Below, piece after piece: positions 11,201 to 20,866 of a stretch of DNA of 38,311 nucleotides (position 1 is the first letter of the stretch; each line of letters opens with the position of its first letter). Under the pieces are notes generated by a model. The model was not told where the DNA came from. It worked only from the letters and a program-made list of their open reading frames with translations, and made no database searches. This stretch comes from Folioceros fuciformis (taxonomy: Eukaryota). The DNA is taken from positions 1 through 38,311 of the forward strand of contig JBNGIO010005629.1 of NCBI GenBank assembly GCA_049999805.1. Direction: 5' to 3'. The translations under genes and the position numbers were made by a program.

Positions 11201-11852
11201 CTCTTTGCCCCAGAACCAGATCCTTCGTAGCCGCACACTGTTTGAGCACAGTGTAGAAAAGAGACTGAGAAATGGGACTGCCAGTCTCTACACGAGACTC
11301 CAGGGCTCGTACGGCGTCAGCAAGCTTTCCCTGCTGACATAACGTGCTCACAGTGACAGCCGTGATCACGCCCATTTCCGACCCTGCCCTCCTGCGAGCC
11401 TCGGGAATATCCAGAGAGCTCGACTTGGAAGGCGAGGCACCATGGCCCATCCGAATATCCAAATAAACGAGCTGCTCATCCACCCAAGGTGGCTTGAACA
11501 GGCTGTTCAACCAGAGGACCTCGCCAGTCCCCGTATGCCAGAAGTCAGGCGAACGGAGACTCTGCTTACTTCTCCTGTTATCCAACCACATGGCAGGGTC
11601 CAGAAAAAATTGTCGCCACAGGAGGTCCTGCTTCTGCTGTTCCTCCTGGCGACCAATGTCAGTGGAAAATCCTTCCGTAACCATGCATTCTCTCGGGACC
11701 ACTGCGTGCCACACACTGCCGCTCCTGAAGGCTCGGTTGTTTTTCATAGCTGGACTCGCCAAGGTGAGGTGCGCGGAAGTTCCTGGTACAAGCCCTGCAG
11801 AGCAATCAACGTGTTGGGTCCACAACGAATCGGGTTGCCATTGTAGAGCCAT
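8248..11852 (-). CDS. PDF-like + PLS-PPR + DYW:KP (GRP) protein; one gene split by the N gap at 10437-10536
   Basis: ORF 10392-11852 stops at ILVGNC before the gap and the sequence resumes at GELEDARR of an S motif, continuing into ORF 8248-10401. It ends HAEKLA...CSCKGRP*. There are at least 5 internal triplets. Confidence 0.9.
11469..11627 (-). other. PDF-like motif, copy in gene 8248-11852
   Basis: DLLWRQFFLDPAMWLDNRRSKQSLRSPDFWHTGTGEVLWLNSLFKPPWVDEQL; PDFxHxxTGE and PPWV are retained. Confidence 0.85.
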
Positions 11853-12716
11853 CTTGAAGGCCCCCGATCACGAAAGATGAGACGCACAAGCAAGTAAAGC
11901 AGGCTGTAGCAATATGCCCGACTCACAGAAAAACAACAAAAATCCTCGTATCCTACAACAGCAACATCCGAACCGACGGAGGAGGTTGTGGGTGCCCTGG
12001 CCCCTCACCAAGTAACGGAATCTGATTGTTTTCCACATGACATCACTGTATCGAGAACTTGAGTGCATCGTGGCTTAACCTTTAGTGCATGATGGTACTA
12101 TATGTACTGCAGGAGTGGCCACCTCGGAGCAGATCAGGTTCTGCGAGCAGGAAAGACTACGCCAAGCTTGTGGTTTGCCGCCTTCAAAATGAAGCAGTTC
12201 GTCAAAGGGGAGGAACAGCCATGAAGAAAATTTCTAATCGTCAAAGTTGCCACCGAGCTCCCACACTTAAGACTGAACTGCGATTCTGGTCTGGCGGATT
12301 TCCCTCCAGAGATTCCAGTCGGCGACACGATGAAGTGGCTCGAATTGAGCAGGATGTTGAGATGCGTCTTGGGTTTCTCTTCTTCCCGAATGCTGCCAGG
12401 AAAGTGTACGAACGGAGCGAATTCCAGTGACTTCCGTAGGGATTTCGGGCAAGCTGACGCTCATGAGGCTATCGACACCCGCAGCTGCCGACCTTCAAGT
12501 CACATCAGCCATGTCTGGATTCTCAACCACGGTCTGCGCAGGACTGGATTCCTCGGACGTCAGCTCTGCGGCGTCGGCAACGGCAACGGCAACGGCTGAG
12601 AACGGGTAGTTCAGATTCAAACGTTTCTATTCAAACTTCGACATAGTCGAGATCTATTACACTGAGAATAGAACGTAGATAATACTGGACTTCACAAATG
12701 CCAGCAGAGTCTTATA

Positions 12717-13051
12717 GTGCAGAGCACAAAAGCTCTATGCACAACTAAGAGTCAGCAGAGTCTTAGAGTGCAGAGCACAAAAGCTCTATGCACAACTAAG
12801 AGTCTAACAGTGCAGAGCACAAAAGGTCTATGCACAACTAAGAGTCTAACAGTGCAGAGCACAAAAGCTCTATGCACAACTAAGAGTCTAACAGTGCAGA
12901 ACACAAAGGGTCTATGCACAACTAAGAGTCTAACAGTGCAAAGCACAAAAGCTCTATGCACAACTAAGAGTCTAACATTGCAGAGCACAAAAGCTCTATG
13001 CACAACTAAGAGTCTAACAGTGCAGAACACAAAAGCTCTATGCACAACTAA
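12717..13051. repeat. 42-bp minisatellite, 8 copies
   Basis: Unit gtgcagagcacaaaagctctatgcacaactaagagtctaaca; visible as VQSTKALCTTKSLT repeats in the ORF track. Confidence 0.95.
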
Positions 13052-13407
13052 TCTTCGTCCCCCTCATCCGTGAAGGCATCTCCGCATTCGACACCGAGGT
13101 GATCGGGCAGTAGCTCGCACCCTCCCCAATGCAAAATGCATGTCAGTCGCTCCACCAAACATTCCTCTCCCTGATGATTGATGAGTACAGTAGGAGAATT
13201 ATTTGTTAGAGTCTCAATCCAAGGAAGCTGTTCCACCACATTGTTGATGAGCGTCTGTCCCACTGGCACAGCAAATCCAAGAGCTTGAATTCGCACAGTA
13301 GCCTGAAATGATCCCTGCAAATGAGCAATAGCCATCTCGGTCTTCCTCTCCAATGCTGCAGAAGAACAACCTGCAGTAACTCGAATCTCCAAATTGTTCG
13401 CCATTTC
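13048..13407 (-). CDS. Possible terminal exon of an unidentified gene or transposon
   Basis: A pyrimidine tract and acceptor (ttttttcttctctctacttag|GAAATG) precede ~120 open codons ending AFTDEGDED*. A homologous decayed copy lies at 14681-15112. Confidence 0.4.
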   Translation of the reverse strand, partial: EMANNLEIRVTAGCSSAALERKTEMAIAHLQGSFQATVRIQALGFAVPVGQTLINNVVEQLPWIETLTNNSPTVLINHQGEECLVERLTCILHWGGCELLPDHLGVECGDAFTDEGDED

Positions 13408-14414
13408 CTAAGTAGAGAGAAGAAAAAACAAATCACTCACTAAACAAAATAAAATCAACATACTTTTATAAAAAGAAGAAAGTCATAAAGATAGACAAAC
13501 AAAAGTATAGTCTACACACCAAGTGCTCTCAAGTTTGGCAACAACCAATGCAAAAAGAAGGTGACCTGCTCCTACATATATATTGTGCAAGAGCACCTAG
13601 ATCTCGACAGATTCATTAAAAAACTATCATTGTAAGACCTTTCTCCGATGAAGAATGATATACTATATATGTTCAAATAGGTCTAGTATGCTATCACAAT
13701 CATTGTAGGACTTTTTTCCACTTGAGTGATGTTATATATATATGTGATACATGGATTGCTTTACTATCAAACAATCATTACAAGACTTGTTCTTCCATGA
13801 ATGATATGGATCAATTTTTTAGTATAATAGTAAAAGTATTCTTATGATCGTAAGAGGATATGCTCTCAATTATCATTAAGTGCATATTCTATCTTCCTTG
13901 AGGTGTTATGATAATTATTACATGTAGAGAGCAAGTTTAATTTTGTTTTTTCTCACCAACAGTTGAAGAAACAAAAGCTTATTTTGGACCTTGATGTTGT
14001 GTACATGTTTTGTATTTGTCACATACCATAATTTATGTAACTATATGTACTTTTGGTACAATCTATCTCAACCTTGACTTAATATGTACCTTATGTATGT
14101 TGGCGACATTAGCACGTAATACAATAGTGTTCTTTTATGATCTTTTATGACAACATCGAACAAAGAAAGAGTTCCCAAGATAAGCGATATCACTTTAATG
14201 CCAACCTCTAATATGACTAGAGGAGAGCACCCAAACATTTCAAGTATTGTTGAACTTCAACTTTATTCAATTGTTTTTTAGATCTAGAACAATGCCTTAC
14301 TCATTGAAACAAACATGTTATAAGAATACTCTAACTATGACACTAAAATATTGATCCATATCATTCCAGTGAACTAAACCCTAAACCCTTGTAATTATTG
14401 CTTGATAACAACGA

Positions 14415-14506
14415 TATGTATTGGATATATATGATATCATTCAAGCGAAGAAACATATGGTATGTATTGGATATATATGATATCATTCAAGCTAAGAAAC
14501 ATCTGG
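14415..14506. repeat. 46-bp tandem duplication
   Basis: tatgtattggatatatatgatatcattcaagc(g/t)aagaaacat(a/c)tgg x2. Confidence 0.9.
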
Positions 14507-14654
14507 TAAGGAAGCGAAGAAAAGTCTTGTAATGATTGGTCGACAACAGAACAAAGAAAAGTAGATCATATTTTTCTAATAGGTTTATGATTACCTATTT
14601 TTCTAACTTTCTTCTTTTCGTAGGTTTCTGTTGATTTTGTGTATTTAATAATTG

Positions 14655-15112
14655 ATGTGTGTTTTCTTCTCTCTTCTCAGGAAATGATCANNNNNNNNNN
14701 NNNNNNNNNNNNNNNNNNNNNNNNNNNNNNNNNNNNNNNNNNNNNNNNNNNNNNNNNNNNNNNNNNNNNNNNNNNNNNNNNNNNNNNNNNGCTATTCTTT
14801 TGTTGCACTTGTAAAGAAGATAGAGATGACAATTGCTCATCTACAAGAATCACATCAAGCTACCGTGCAAATTTAAGCTCTTGGATTTGTTGTGCCAATT
14901 CCTACAAATGCTCACAAACAATGCGATGGAGCTTTGGGGTTGAGACTTGGACTAATCATTCTCCTACTGTACTTATTTATATTCATTAGGATAGGAATGT
15001 TTGGTGGAACGATTGATCTACATTTTACATCGGATAGGAAACTAGCTACTATATCACCTTGATGTAGAGTGAGGGGATGTATTCACGGATGATGATGAAG
15101 ATTAGTTGTGCA
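14655..15112 (+). pseudogene. Degenerate inverted copy of the 13048-13407 exon (contains the N gap 14691-14790)
   Basis: Same acceptor context (cttctctcttctcag|GAAATG). It translates as IEMTIAHLQESHQATVQI*ALGFVVP...ECLVERLIYILH...DVE*GDVFTDDDED*, with stops and frameshifts relative to the other copy. Confidence 0.7.
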
Positions 15113-15660
15113 AAAATTAGAATGTAGAAACAGTATCTACAATGTGTGGGATACGTGATTAAGAAAAGAACGCTATAACTAAGGAAAGAGAATGCCTGCA
15201 GAGATATGTGCCGTTGTATTTTACTAATAGTACATTCCCAGGACTTCTATTTGGAAGAGTTGATGTTGAGACCCTTACAAATGGAGTGAGGAATGATCTA
15301 ATATGACGAAGTCTATGAAAGAGATTCAGAATTAGGGTGAGAAAAGAGATTCAAAAGAGATCCATGACCATTGAGAACATGATGTGCATGCAATGCCATG
15401 ATTAACAATGCTTTGTTTGCATGCAAAGAACAAGCCAAGTGGGAGAGGTGTTAGAAGGGTTCCATAGCTGCAAGAGAAAAAGCCAAGGGTGCCCCAAGTC
15501 AAGAAGGTTGAAATGAGCTCATCATAGTGCAAACAAATATTTCATGATTCAAAACATTGAGATTCAAGTCTGAGCATGAAATAATGAGTCTTAAACTCAC
15601 TTTCCTTAAAAGTGCCGAGACTCACAAGCTTCTTTTGGTGACAAGCTTGAAAACCACGCT

Positions 15661-15911
15661 GCCCATGAGCGAAGAGCAAGGAAAACAGATATATATATAT
15701 TGCCCATGAGCGAAGAGCAAGGAAAACAGATATATATATATTGCATACGAGCAACTCCATGAATCTAAAGTAAAGAATCTTCAACTCACTATTCTTAACA
15801 AGAGCAAAGATCCCGATGAGCAAGCCAAGCATGCCATAGTAAAGTTGAGTTGAGAGGCATGCAATAATAAAGTTGAGTTAAGAGGCATGCAATAGTAAAG
15901 TTGAGTTGAGA
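15661..15911. repeat. Short tandem repeats: 41-bp x2 (15661-15744) and ~28-bp x3 (about 15830-15911)
   Basis: gcccatgagcgaagagcaaggaaaacagatatatatatatt x2; gcaata(a/g)taaagttgagtt(g/a)agaggcat x3. Confidence 0.85.
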
Positions 15912-16788
15912 AAGATCATTTGTTTGCTAGAACTACCCACTATGTATATTAAACTTCTTTTGGTGAGTTACAAGCTTGAAGGTACATTGTCCATACACAA
16001 AAGAATGAGGGAAAAGGAGACACGTACCATCTAAAAAAATCACCCACACACCTTCTTAACCATGTTAAATCCTGGGATATATCCCTTTGCAAATGAGCGC
16101 AATTTCTGCAAAAGTGAGATCCCTGCGCTAAGGTAAGCAGGGCAGGATCTGGACATCCCACGGAGTCCGAGGAAGGAAGCCGCTGTTCCAATGCCGGGTC
16201 ACAAGTTTCAAAACTAGTGAAGCCTCCTGGACTCTCACTGAATAAGCTCGGCATGCGAGGAAAGCGGTGGCCGCACTCCTGACTCCACTTCCATCACATT
16301 GGGTTGCATCATGTTTCCAAAGACCAGCTCAAATCAATGCAGTCTGACATAAAGGACTCTCTCTACCCATGATACCAGTCTACACGACGTTCATGAGAAC
16401 GTAGAGCGAGCTCGGTTCCGGAGTTCAACCAATAAGATGAGTCACCTGCAGAAGCAAAATCACGTACACCAGTGTCAAAATGATAGATCGACAGACGGAA
16501 AGACAGGATCCCTTCTATCTGGAAGCACGAGAGGGATAAACAGCTAGGTTATGCTCATCTATAGAGACAGTCCTGACCAGCCCAGCAACACTTGCAACCC
16601 ATGAGGTACATGTCACGAACGATGCAAATGAGCGTGGTTTCAGGTACCTGGACAGGTGAAATGAAGCTCCTATCAACTCCTTGGCTCAGTCTCCCTTCCT
16701 GTTGGAATTCTGATTCCTGATTCTTATGTGGACTCCCACAAGCAACATTCCCCATGCTGATCAGGCATTCGCTACACAATCTTCATTC

Positions 16789-19700
16789 TCACGGTCGACT
16801 GTTACAGCTGCAGCGACCACCTGCAAATCGATGGACACGGTACCCGTCCCTTACCACAATGCCCCTTTTCTCCACCCTTGACATTATCTCCGTAGAACTG
16901 TGGCAGTCACTGCACATCCGTAGGTTCTTCGTTACTACCAGCGGTGTGCCGCTCGGAGTGTTCAAGAGACCAAACGCCAGAGCCAGCTTCTCAGCATGCC
17001 CACATAGCACATCTTCCTTTTCCTTCTCGTTTAGTGGCTTCATGACCAACTTTGTGTGTGGTGCATGGCCGCTTTCCTGCTTCATACGTGCGTTCATGCT
17101 GTGTACCTTGCGGGTTATCTCATCTCTGTGGTTTTCGCCCACCACAAATGTATGCACTTTCTTCTTCACCTCAATGCCCGCCACCGCAGGTTTCTTATAA
17201 GCTCCTGCTACCATTCTCTGCGTTTCAATCCTGTCTACATCTGCCCACCTACCTGCATCTGCGTAGGCGTTGGCCATGAGCACATAAGCCGACGCACTCT
17301 GAGGCTCCAGCCTGACGAGACTTTCAAAACACCGTCTCGCCCTCTCTACATCCCCGTGACTTTTGCAGGCATTCAGCAAAGACGTCAACCCGACAACATT
17401 GCTTTGGCTTTCAGATGATAACAGCATGTTCTCTGCTTCATCTAAATGGCCAGCACGCCCAAGAAGATCAATCATGCAATTGTAGTGCTCAATACAAGGC
17501 GTGATACCATGCTGGAACAGCATGGAATTATAGTACTGGCAACCCTCCTTCACCAGTCCTTCGTGACTGCACGCCGCTAACAGGCAAGTGAAAGTGGCGT
17601 CGTTAGGCTGAATACCGGCAACTAACATCTCCTCGAAACAAGATATTGCATTGTGACCTTCATCACAAGTTCCACACCCACCTATCAGGGCATTCCATGT
17701 CACAACATCTTTTGTGGCAAGACTGTTGAAAACCTGGCGTGCAGCTTCCAACTCACCACACTTTGCATACATGTCCACCAGGCAATTGCCCAACACTATG
17801 TTATCCTGCTGTCCTCTTTCCACAATCTGTGAATGCAACTCCCTGCCCTTCTGCAGGGCACCTGCGTTTCCACAGGCTTTCAGAAGGCATGCGAAAGTAA
17901 CCTCGTCCGCCACAATCAGGCCCTCCTCCTCCATTTGTCTATACAGGACAATTGCCTTTTCGCCCAGCCCGTAATCCGCGTACCCAGCAATCAGGGAATT
18001 CCATGTCACCACATCCTTGGCGGTCAGGCTGACAAAAACCTTGTGTGCATCTTCCAGTGCGCCACACTTTGCATACATGTCCACTAGGCAGTTGCCCACC
18101 AGTATGTTGTCTAGCTGCCCCCTTTCCACAATCCGTGAGTGCAGCTGCCTTCCCGTCTGTAAGGCACCAGCACCAGCACTTGCACATGCCTTCAGTAGGC
18201 AAGCAAAAGTTACATGGTTACCCACAATCAGGCCATCTTGCTCCATTTGTTCATAAAGAACAAGGGCCTCTTGGTAGAGCCCACGACTTGCATACCCAGC
18301 TATCAGGGCCGTCCATGTAACCACGTTTTTAGTGGCCAAGCTCTGAAAAACCCGCAGTGCATCTTTGAATTCGCCACATTTTGCATACATGTCCACCAGA
18401 CAAGTGCTCACAAGTATGTTGTCTGCCTCCCCTCGTTCTACTAGCTGTGAGTGCAGCTGCATGCCCCGTTGTAAGGCACCGGCGCTTGCACAGGCCTTCA
18501 AAAGGCAGACAAAAGTCACATGGCTACCCACAATCAGGCCCTCCTGCTGCATTTGTCCGTAAAGAACAAGGGCCGTTTGGCCATTTCCTTTATCTGCGTA
18601 GCCAGCTATGAGGGCATTCCATGTCACAACATCTTTGGTGGCCAAGCTATCAAAAACCCTGTGTGCCTCTTCTAGTTTGCCACATTTTGCATACATGTCA
18701 ACAAGGCAGTTGCCGACAAACAGGTTAGGAGGAATGCCACTGTGCAATACATCACAGTGCACTTTCCTGCCAGATTCCACGTCCGAAGCAAATGCACAAG
18801 CTTGAAGTGTAGCTACGAAGACGTGAGCATCCGCCTTCACACCCGAGCTACGCATCTCATGGTACAGTTGTATGGCCTGCTTAGGCTTCCCATGCTTGGC
18901 ATGTGCGGAAATTATCGAAAACCACATGAATGCGTCTGGTTCACCCACCCTGGCGAACACATCCATGGCGTCTTCTAATCTACCAGCACAGGCATACATG
19001 CGTAAGATATGGTTCGCCAAGTACGGGCTTGAATCATACCCGAGTTTCACAGCGAGCTCATGAACTCGTCGTCCCATAACCAGGTCCTTCTTAGTTGCGC
19101 ACAGTTTCAGCACGATGTAAAAGACAGAATGAGGGATGAGACGCTTTGTTCGAGCCAGAGATTCTAAGGCTTCAACGGCCTCAGTAAGCTTGCCCTGCTG
19201 ACATGAAGTTCTCACGGTTACGGCTGTCAGCACGCCCATGTTCAGTACTTCATACCTGCCAGGCCCAGGCTTGTTCGGAGATCTCCACTTGCAAGGAGAG
19301 TCGCCATGATCAACATGCATATCCATAGAAATAAGCTGGTCATCCACCCAACCTGACTTACACATGCTGTTCGACCAAAGGACCTCCCCGGACCCATTAC
19401 GGCAGAGGTCAGGCCCACGGGAGCTCTCCTTACCTATCCTATTATCCCAACACATGACCGGGTCCAGAAAGTTTTGCCCTAACAAGAGATCTGGTTCATG
19501 GTGCTGCTCCTGCCGACCAAAACCGCAGGAAAATCCTTCTACACCCGTCCAGTTGGAAGGAACCTCACATAGCTGCACCTGAAGGCTTGGCCATTTGCCA
19601 CCGAATGACGAAGTAAGATGAAGTGAGCGAGTGCTCCTGCTGGTTTCCTTGTACACCCGCCGATTTTTTGGGTCCAAAACAGATCCGGCTGCCATACAAT

Positions 19701-19893
19701 TACCATCCTTCAAGGACCGCTTTCGGAAGATGTGAGCACAACAAACTATCCTATTACAGTAAGGTAGATCATGGCACGCTGAATCGTAAGCAGGAGTGTT
19801 TGACCATTTGCAGATGGGACTCGCGAGAACCCGGAAAGGCTGCTTCAGATCACGAGAAGCACCGAATGGTAAAGCAATCGACATCAGAGACAT
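16789..19893 (-). CDS. PLS-PPR DYW:KP protein (terminal SRP) with a degenerate PDF-like motif and a distinct, longer N-terminal leader
   Basis: 1034-aa ORF with 3 internal triplets, ending KPAVAGIEV...HAEKLA...CSDCH...CSCNSRP*. Confidence 0.92.
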   Translation of the reverse strand: MSLMSIALPFGASRDLKQPFRVLASPICKWSNTPAYDSACHDLPYCNRIVCCAHIFRKRSLKDGNCMAAGSVLDPKNRRVYKETSRSTRSLHLTSSFGGKWPSLQVQLCEVPSNWTGVEGFSCGFGRQEQHHEPDLLLGQNFLDPVMCWDNRIGKESSRGPDLCRNGSGEVLWSNSMCKSGWVDDQLISMDMHVDHGDSPCKWRSPNKPGPGRYEVLNMGVLTAVTVRTSCQQGKLTEAVEALESLARTKRLIPHSVFYIVLKLCATKKDLVMGRRVHELAVKLGYDSSPYLANHILRMYACAGRLEDAMDVFARVGEPDAFMWFSIISAHAKHGKPKQAIQLYHEMRSSGVKADAHVFVATLQACAFASDVESGRKVHCDVLHSGIPPNLFVGNCLVDMYAKCGKLEEAHRVFDSLATKDVVTWNALIAGYADKGNGQTALVLYGQMQQEGLIVGSHVTFVCLLKACASAGALQRGMQLHSQLVERGEADNILVSTCLVDMYAKCGEFKDALRVFQSLATKNVVTWTALIAGYASRGLYQEALVLYEQMEQDGLIVGNHVTFACLLKACASAGAGALQTGRQLHSRIVERGQLDNILVGNCLVDMYAKCGALEDAHKVFVSLTAKDVVTWNSLIAGYADYGLGEKAIVLYRQMEEEGLIVADEVTFACLLKACGNAGALQKGRELHSQIVERGQQDNIVLGNCLVDMYAKCGELEAARQVFNSLATKDVVTWNALIGGCGTCDEGHNAISCFEEMLVAGIQPNDATFTCLLAACSHEGLVKEGCQYYNSMLFQHGITPCIEHYNCMIDLLGRAGHLDEAENMLLSSESQSNVVGLTSLLNACKSHGDVERARRCFESLVRLEPQSASAYVLMANAYADAGRWADVDRIETQRMVAGAYKKPAVAGIEVKKKVHTFVVGENHRDEITRKVHSMNARMKQESGHAPHTKLVMKPLNEKEKEDVLCGHAEKLALAFGLLNTPSGTPLVVTKNLRMCSDCHSSTEIMSRVEKRGIVVRDGYRVHRFAGGRCSCNSRP
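19333..19491 (-). other. Degenerate PDF-like motif in gene 16789-19893
   Basis: DLLLGQNFLDPVMCWDNRIGKESSRGPDLCRNGSGEVLWSNSMCKSGWVDDQL; several aromatic residues are lost. Confidence 0.7.
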
Positions 19894-20866
19894 GCGACAT
19901 GTACTACGTCGAGCGTTACCAGCTTACTGTGCTGGACAATCCAGTCTCGCTACTTTTGTAAGGACCTTCTTCCCAGATGGTAGCCCGAGTGACCCACTTG
20001 GCAATCTCGAACAAGGTTAGACACAGACACAGCTTCCGAGGTCATTTTCTAGTCTGAGCTTATTAGAGCAAGTCCACGGACCATTAATCCAAGCTTCCCC
20101 TACCCTTGGAATCAGAGGGAACCTCGCACAATGCCAATAGGACAGCAGGATACTCCCCGCAGGGTATGGGTCTGAGGAACACTTTAGTTCCTACAGGGCA
20201 TGCACCAAGGAGGTGATTTTGCAATCGATTCCGTCAATCTTCGTCACCCACTGCAGGCGTTTGAGCAGATGACGTGAAATTCGCGGCTCAGCTGTGCTCC
20301 GAGTAGAGGTGGTTAAGCGCTACCTCCGGAAGGTGGTCTGCGCGTTGGATGCGCACGCAGGGCTGCGAAGGCGGCCGTTTGCAGCCCACAGCATGGGTTG
20401 CGGTGTGCAGATCTTTTCTTGCTTGCTTCCATTCTTGCTCGCATATTCATGGTACCCAGAGCAAGGAAGCATGTCTCTTAAGCAGGCATGGCGTGCTACA
20501 GGGCTTGCCAGCGTTCGCAATATTCTGCGGTTATCTGGCTCCGCTGCGTCACCCTCCAGGGATCGTGCTAGCAAGTGACTTTCTACCCTTGCTCCACAGC
20601 TTCATCGTTGTGTCAACGAGTGAATTCCAGCACCGCCGCGCCTGTATGTTTCTTGGGTTTATGCCCTGGCTTTCTACAGGGATGCCTTCACCTCTTACAT
20701 CAGCCGAATGACGCGCTGCAGCTGAAGCAAAACTTCCTGAAAGTGGACCGAGCAAGCACAGTACCCGACTGACAGCGCTCACCTTACATTGGGACCAATG
20801 CCTCATCCATTGTCCGACTGCATGTAAATCTTCATCTGCTGAGCACATACTAGCTCACCATCATTC

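Noticed and set aside
12717-13051. CRISPR-like array of palindromic repeats
   Set aside because: The sequence between palindromes is identical, so there are no unique spacers. There are no cas genes and the context is eukaryotic. The repetitive ORFs on both strands are by-products of the 42-bp period.
14374-14389. Telomere repeat ctaaaccctaaaccct
   Set aside because: Only about two units; an interstitial telo-box, not a chromosome end.
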